Source: Balanoglossus misakiensis | Lineage: Eukaryota > Animalia > Hemichordata | Assembly: GCA_040954595.2 (NCBI GenBank) | Contig: CM082576.2 | Coordinates: 5,120,760 to 5,184,759 of the forward strand | Reading direction: 5' to 3' | Length of the DNA stretch: 64,000 nt | In this document: positions 56,541 through 64,000 of the stretch, one piece after another | Layout: every line of letters begins with the position of its first letter | Position numbering within the stretch: the stretch's first letter is position 1 | Notes under the pieces: model-generated | Databases searched by the model: none | Seen by the model: the letters and a program-made list of their open reading frames with translations, nothing else | What the model was told of the DNA's origin: nothing | Made by a program: the position numbers and the translations under genes

Positions 56541-59500
56541 ACCAGTCGTATCAAGAGGGAATATTGGTTTTTACATTGACATGTATTATATATATCTGTG
56601 TCATAGACAACCATGGTGCTCTCAGTGTGGAAGTCCTTCACAGTGCATCTACCAGGTGGAAATAGCCAAACAGCATCTGTGGAATGAAACTGTACAAAGA
56701 TGTTAGCTGGGCTGTAAAATGCTACATGCATGCATACAGCTAGATAAAATGACATTTACCATACTTTTCTTATGATAAAAACTAGAAAAAACGGAACAAT
56801 TTTTTGGCATCAGCTCAGAGAACTGATCCATGAACTGTACAGAATTTTTTGTCGATGAACTTTTTATTCTGTTTTCGTCCTTTAAGATTTTCAGATCATG
56901 TATGTGTACATTTTAGAATTTAGAACTATCTATTTTTTTAAGAGATTATCCACAACTAAGGTAATTTGTGAATATTTTGTAATTAATTGTGACAAAGACG
57001 TTTTTCACGAAAGTGTGTCATCTCTGCTCTTCATGTTGTGCTTGTGGTAAGATGTATTATTTTATTTCTGTAAATATTTTACTTTAGCCACCACTAAATC
57101 ATGTAGATCAAAGTGCCAGGCACCTCGTGTGGTATTCCCCTTTCAGGAAACAGCCTCACCTCAGTATTTGGGCCAATGTGAAGTGCCTCAGAAAGATGGC
57201 TTTCATAGATGACAGCATTAACGCACCTGTTGTGCACCTGTTTGATGGAAGAGCGGGCTGACAAAGAAATTGACCAATCAGAGAAACCTTGCGAGACCAC
57301 CCTGCTTATCGGCCAGTATCCTGTTTGTTCTGTTGTCAGCACAGAGACACAGCTACAACAGAGATGAGCAACTGTGATGTTCTCTTTGTAAAATGTCCTG
57401 CCTTCATCATGGCTCACTATTGACAACAAGTGTCAATATCCATAATTAACACAGTGCAGACATGGAAGAAAGGTACTCTTTTGATGTGCATCACCAGTGA
57501 CCAAATGAATTTACCAGACTGAGAGCGTAACTATACAAAGGTCACACACAGGAAGCCCTCAGATCCTGTCGGTCCGTTATGTCGCAGTTGATTATTACCT
57601 GTGTGCAGAATTATGTGGTCATCTTGGTATTTTTACACAGCAGGAAAAGGGATCAAGGAGGTGCAAGAAACTTTCCTCAGGAAACATCTCATTGTGGACA
57701 AGCCCACGTGTTTTCCAATTGAAAATTTACACAGTATTGAACTTTTGGACATACAATACTTACTTGACAACAGCAAATCACAGAAAACTCTCAATATTTG
57801 TGCCTTTTCTTCACAACTGCTGCATATTGATGTATCATATCCATGTTTTTTTAACTGTAACGTAATATATGCAGATTCCGTCCATTGGAGTAAAGCCATG
57901 TAAAAATTGGCAACATATAAATATTATAGTACTTACGTGTAGATAGAATTCATCTTATTTACAGTGATAACCTGGTGTTGGGTTACGTTTGAGATTGGTG
58001 GTACTAATATAGGCAATGTATTGCCACCTCAATGACTAGACTGAGTGGAGCTGGTCTTCTTTGCTAAAAATTTAGTCGACATTTTGTCGCTCTACTTTTG
58101 TCATGAACATGTGTTTAGATTTAAAAATGTCATTCAGTATGGAGAGGCAGCTTTTTATATAGATTTTAAACCGAACAATTTTTTCAAATAAAAGATAAGT
58201 ATCTTCAGATTTTATTGCCAAGTATAGGTTAAACCAATCCAATCTTAAGAGACTAAAATCGAGCTTCAGCCGTAGGGTTTAGTTCTGCATGTAGCCGGGC
58301 AAAGTTTGAGAACTTCAGTGAACATAGAGGGCTTTCACTTACATGATTGTTGTTGTTTTTTACATTCACAAGTGTGAAATCATGATGAGATTGAGATTAA
58401 TTGTGCATGATAATCCACATTGTACGTCCATGTGCTCACAACAGAGACAAGAAACTTGTTCAAAATTTCTCATTCTGTCTTTTTTATTTTGACTGAAATC
58501 TGAAATTCGGATGGCACAACTTTTAAAAAAATCATAGCAGTGTCACTGCTCTGTACAGCTATAAAATTATGTAAATACTTGGGATCTTGAAAAGTAATCT
58601 GTTATTATTAATGTGGGGAATGAACTTTTAAACAATGATTTGCTTTTAACGTTATATAATTGTACAGGATTTTGATTATTTTGTAAATTCTTGGTTCAAT
58701 CAATTTTGTCAGTACTACTAAGTAATACATAGTCTTCTATTCACCTGTGTACAAGGAACAGGAACTTTTGGTATTTTGTCCTCTCACATTTGTTTTGTTT
58801 TGCCGTTTTCGCCGTGGAAACCCTGGCACCAGAGGGCGCCCTCAAAAGTCAAAAGCAGCATAGGGAAAAAAATCTTGTGCTCACATTCGTAGAGTTTTGT
58901 GCATATGAACATTAGCTTCTGCATAAGTTCATACCGATTTTAGCCGTTTATGATATTAACTTTACAATTGTCATGTACAAACACTCTCCTTGTCAGATTA
59001 GGCTAGAATTCAAAACTAGGTGGTGAGGTGTGTTTTCCACATTTTATATTGTCCGAACTTACCATCCACTGAAGGAACCCCCAATGTGATTGTGACTGTT
59101 GTCACCAACAAAAAGCCTGGTTTTCTCTATTGTGAACCTTATTACTGCAACTCTTTCCAATTTGCATAAGCATCTTCAGAACAAATGAAATCCGTCCTTT
59201 CTTTCTCTAAAAAAATTTACACGAATGGGTGAGACAATGCTCTAATAAAAAAAAAAGATTTGATGTACCCAAATATTCCGTGCTGTGATCGTAGTGTTTC
59301 TTTACGTGTATATAGAAAGTGTGACATCAAAATGAATATCTGAAGGCTGTGAAACAACTACATATACATTTCACCAAACTTTTAACTGCCCACGTTTGAA
59401 AAGTTTGCCGCATGCTGGCGCCCTCTGCACTTTCTTCTTGTCGTGATCAATATGCTAGTACATTGTAATAGGTCATGTCAGTACATTTGCTGTACCTTGG

Positions 59501-62176
59501 ATGAATAATAACATCCAATGACAAGAACGGCTATTATAAGCCTTTCCGGTAATGAAGTCAGTCAGTCGCGCAAAATACTTGTAAGACACATTACACCGCG
59601 GATTTTCCGGATAGGCATATACAATGTAAATATGTCAGTCAATTTAGAAATTGTAAATATTCATCAATTTATGTACGTAGACGATCATCGAAATATTCCG
59701 TCTGAGAAGTCAGCGCTTAAAATTTAATAGAAAGTGAATTTGACGTACAACTATCGAGACAGTACCGTATTAAGTCCGTACTGTACTATCAGCGCGTCGT
59801 CTGAAAAAAAGCACCGTGACCGCCGCGCGCGCGGCACATTGCGCATACATGCACACGTGCGAATTTACCGCCAAATACCGATGTCTCGAATGTATTAATT
59901 TTTACGCACGTATAATATACCGCGGCACTTTGAGGTTTCAACATTGCCATCACAGGCTGCCCTCAGACACAGAGAAAGTGTGTGTGATAAAATCGCATCC
60001 TTCGAGAATTGCCCTCAGCTCAGCACAGACGCAAAAGACGAGCGGCACCAGTGAGTTGACACGCTGAAGTGAAAGGCATTTTCATCAAGTCAGTTGAGAG
60101 CTCACCATGACAGCGGAAATGTAAACAGCAGGAACTAACACGCGCGTTACCAACTCCCAGTCAATATTGAGAAATTCTAGGGCAAATGTTTCGCCAACCG
60201 TAAATCCTCCACAGTGGGCGAGCAACGTTCAAACAACGCACATGCCATACGGAACAATAGTTTAGAAGAAACGCATCTTTTTTTTCCAAGTCAACTCGCA
60301 GGTAAGTTTCATTCAAAACCGCGAATGGATGTACTCTCACTTATACAAGTGTATGCGTTTTATCCCCATTGTGTTGTGGTCATAATGTCAGCATGCGTCT
60401 AACTTTGAAATCGTATATGCGACCACACTCCCTAATTTGGTACTATTATAAACATACATCCGCACGGTCTTTTAAAACAAAATTGGCAAGATGAAAAATC
60501 ATCGTTTTGTGCCGTTCTTTTCATGAATCAGATGAGTTTGAAAATGCACCAGTGGTAGCTATCCGTAGAAACATTGACTGATGTTTCAAGTGCAGTGTGT
60601 TTAATTCTTCAACCAAACTTCCTGATGGATTGATCATGGAAATGACCACTGTAGATTATTCTTAAAATTATGCCTTTATGCAGTTACCATGCCAACGGTT
60701 TTTTAATTAGTATAGTCTGTCTGGACATTGGGATGGTGACTGTGGACCGATTTCTTAAGAGATTTAGTAATCTCGCTGTGTATGATGAACAGAAACATTA
60801 TATCATTTTGGAAAAAGATGAATTGACAATTCTTAGCACATGAAGTTTGTGTGTTGTATTATGGGAGATCAAAATTGGCCTTGATCCTTTGCTTTAAAAT
60901 GATTCTCTGGCAGATTGATTTTATGCATGATACAAAAAAACCATGATTGCTCTAAATTAATAGAAAATGCGGATGATATGAAATTATAAACTAAATTGCA
61001 GCTGCCATATAACTGAAACCCCCTGCCTTAGAATTTACTGTTATCTTTGTGTGAAGCATTCCAAGTTGAAGTCAAATCTTCTTGAGTCAGTTTCTTTATT
61101 GATAGCACATAATTAAAAGAAGTCATTTACCCCTAAAAGTATAACCCTCAGGAGAAACCGTGTGAGGTAAAGATGATTGGCACTTGGGCAAACATATGAA
61201 TGAGTAAATACATTACTTCGGCAAATTTGCATCGTAAAGTAATTCAGTTATACTTCTGCAAAGTAATCAATCAGGCGATAGGGATGTTGGTGGAATTCGG
61301 GTACGCTTTGATTAATGTCAACACTCGTGGTTGTTACGAAAACATTACCGTAGTAACCGAGAATCAAGTTTAATTATGCAAGGTCTATTCATGGTAATTT
61401 ACAGATTACCGTGTTTGTTGTATTTTTATTTTTTGAGGGGGGGGGGGCTGTAATTCCGGGAGCTATTCATCTCTTTAATGGTTATCTTGAGGGAGGTGAG
61501 CCGCTTATTGGCCGTCTTTTCAACATTTATGTGACGACTTCCAATTTACGGAGTGAATAATGCTCCCAGTGAGCAAGGGCAATGGGAGTATACTGGCTTG
61601 TTATGAAAGGAATATTTGTAGTTTGTTTTGAAAAAGAGCATTTTCAAATCTGCTTCGCTGGTAATTGCTGTCCGTACTTAAAGTAAGTTTACAGAAGTAA
61701 TTGCCATTGGCCCGAAGCAACTCTGTTAGTGTGACCTGGAAATACATCATGCGAATATTTTATGTACCTGTTGTTTTTGAAGTGAATTCAACATTATGTT
61801 GGGCAATAGTTTTCCTGGTCTTTTTTTTTACTCCAACTATTCAAAGACATGCAGTGATGTTGATTTATATGGGTTTATTTGTCAGCTAGAGTGTGGGTGC
61901 TTATATTCCACAGTACACTTCTAAATTAGGCTCTAATATTAGAGAAATAGAACATTCGCTTGGTGAGAATTTAGTTTAATAGTGCTTCTTTAATATGCTA
62001 TATGGTTTACGAAAAGTGAAAGATCATGTCCAGAACGTACAGGTACAATGTAAATTGCTATAACAAGACAGATGGAAGTTTATGGTTGCAGTGTTTTATA
62101 TTCGTCAGTGGACAATAAAAGGATGTTTTATTAAAACATTTATTTTCATGAATTACTACTTAAAAGTAACGAGTTC

Positions 62177-62200
62177 TTGTTGTTGTTGTTGTTGTTGTTG
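62177..62200 (+). repeat. (TTG)n microsatellite
   Basis: 8 TTG units just upstream of the splice acceptor at 62217. Confidence 0.9.
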
Positions 62201-62223
62201 TCTTCTGTGGATTATAGGTGATC

Positions 62224-63955
62224 ATGGGATGTTCAAGCAGCATCAAGGAAGATGGAGATCAGTGTGGAGACGAGAGACGTGCTGCTTACAAACAATGTAA
62301 CCACCACAACGAAATTGCTCTCAATCTGAACGAAGAGGATGACCTGAGCAGACGTGGCAATGAGAGTGACGTATCGCCATTAGTAAAGCCTCGAAAAAAG
62401 TCAATGAGTGAGGAAGAATTCAGAGTAGTTCTTGATGCGACCAAAGAGAAATTTCAGAAAGAAATGAAAATCTTGAACGATACCGACGACTACAGCACTG
62501 AAGCAGTGTCCCTGTCGCTACATAGGATATCCGCTTGCCTGTACGACATACACGAGAGAAACAGAAGACATTTTCTCGGTGACGAATTGGCGAACTTAGG
62601 CTTTGCGGAACTCTTTGTGAAAATTTGGAGCTCCTTACACAGAGTGGACTTGTTCGCCAAAGAGAATGTCCAAGCGATGAGGTGTCTGAAGAAGCTGAAA
62701 GTAATTGCGTGGAATTACAGTGATCTGTCGGGTGTCTTCGGAAAGGCCATGGGGTGCAGCGGTGCACTCAATCTATTACTGGCAGATTTAGCCAATCCGA
62801 AGTTGGACGTGTCGAATCTGGGAAATAATGAAAGGCGATATTTAATCAAGGGGAGCATGGGCATACTGCATAATTGCGTACGAATGTGTCCAGACAATAG
62901 GAACCTGTATCGGAAAGCGAACGCCGTGGAGCTGCTGGCCAAGTACCAGAACGCGTCATATCTCATAGTCAAGGTCAAAGCTTTGCTGTGTCTTGCGTAC
63001 GTTCTTGATGACGAAGAAAATGAACGCTTAAACGGCAGCTCAGGAAACATCAAATTTATCATCGGTTTACTGGATAGCGCTCTTAAAAGCCCGAGCCGCA
63101 CGTCGAAAAATTATCGTTTCTCGACAACCGAAGTTGTGAAGGGCTTGAATCATCTGGCCATCATCGATGCCAACAAGTTGCGGATGGTAGAGGACGGTGT
63201 GTTGCCGCTCTACGTTGCATTGTTGCAGCCAGAATGTACGGATCAAGAGCAACTGTTGACGGCCACCGGAATCTGGACTTTGGCGTTTGCTCCTGAAAAC
63301 AAAGAAAGAATCAGAGCAGAAGACGGCTGCATCGAAGGTATGTGATGAGATGCACCATCTAAAAAAATGAGAGAAAAAAATCTAAAGCTTACAGCGATAG
63401 CTGTATCAGCCAGAAATCCTGCAATATAATCCTTTCTCAGTGGTTTACCTCAGGTTGATAAACTGCGTGTTGCGTGATGCTTGTGGAAACAACGACTGAA
63501 AAATACGCAGCTGCATTTACCATCATCTCAGCTTTCCAGAAACATATATTTAGATTAAAGGGACTGCTTATACTCTAAATTTGTCAGAGAATACTTCATT
63601 TAAAAGGGGCTGTATCCTATTATGGTCTCTGCATTCATCAATTTGTTTGCAATACGGACCGTTTTATTTTCATTGCATCATTCTCTCTCTGTAGCTCTGA
63701 GATTGCTTGAACAGAAGACACACAGCGCTGAGTTGAAACACGCCTGTTGTGGTGCTCTCTGGGAACTGGAGCTGTGTGAAAGGAGAGAGCCGAGAGACTT
63801 AAATGAAGAAGACACGACTGCTATGAAGATTAGTGTCGGTTCTAAAGCGCACGTAATGATCAGTTATCAGCAGGACATGCAACGCAAAGTGATTAAACTG
63901 AGGGACACTCTCCGCGAAGACGGCTACAATGTTTGCATGTGTGCAGAGAGAATGG
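62224..63955 (+). CDS. ARM-repeat + TIR-domain protein, 5' part (continues beyond window)
   Basis: Exons 62224-63337 and 63695-63955 (phase 1-1). N-terminal MGCSSS, armadillo-like helices (GILHNCVR, GLNHLAIIDANKLRMVEDGVLPLYVALL, GIWTLAFAPENKERI, CGALWEL), then TIR-like HVMISYQ...LREDGYNV. A likely non-coding exon ends at donor G|GTAAGT (60301). Confidence 0.85.
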
Positions 63956-64000
63956 GTGAGTTTCATCGGCTAAACTATCTTCTGTATCAAATTAAATGAT

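Overview
AT-rich, intron-containing animal (probably invertebrate) genomic DNA; no prokaryotic features, CRISPR arrays or rRNA were seen. Exons were assembled by eye from GT-AG sites, intron phases and recalled protein motifs. Gene order: 3' end of an LRR protein (+); an unrecognised 7-exon ~202-aa gene (-); a 5'-truncated LINE with target-site duplication; PSMA6 (-) head-to-head with SLC35B2 (+); PRORP/MRPP3 (-) head-to-head with PPP2R3C (+); a possible small orphan gene (+); MOK kinase (+); and the 5' part of an ARM-repeat/TIR protein (+). The most striking structure is a complete cysteinyl-tRNA synthetase gene (CARS1, 15+ exons, own poly(A) signals) nested on the SAME strand inside a 9-kb intron that splits the NYN nuclease domain of PRORP, another tRNA-metabolism gene. 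Five exact copies of a CTCF-like 10-mer sit at gene boundaries. All gene names rest on recalled motifs; no database search was run.
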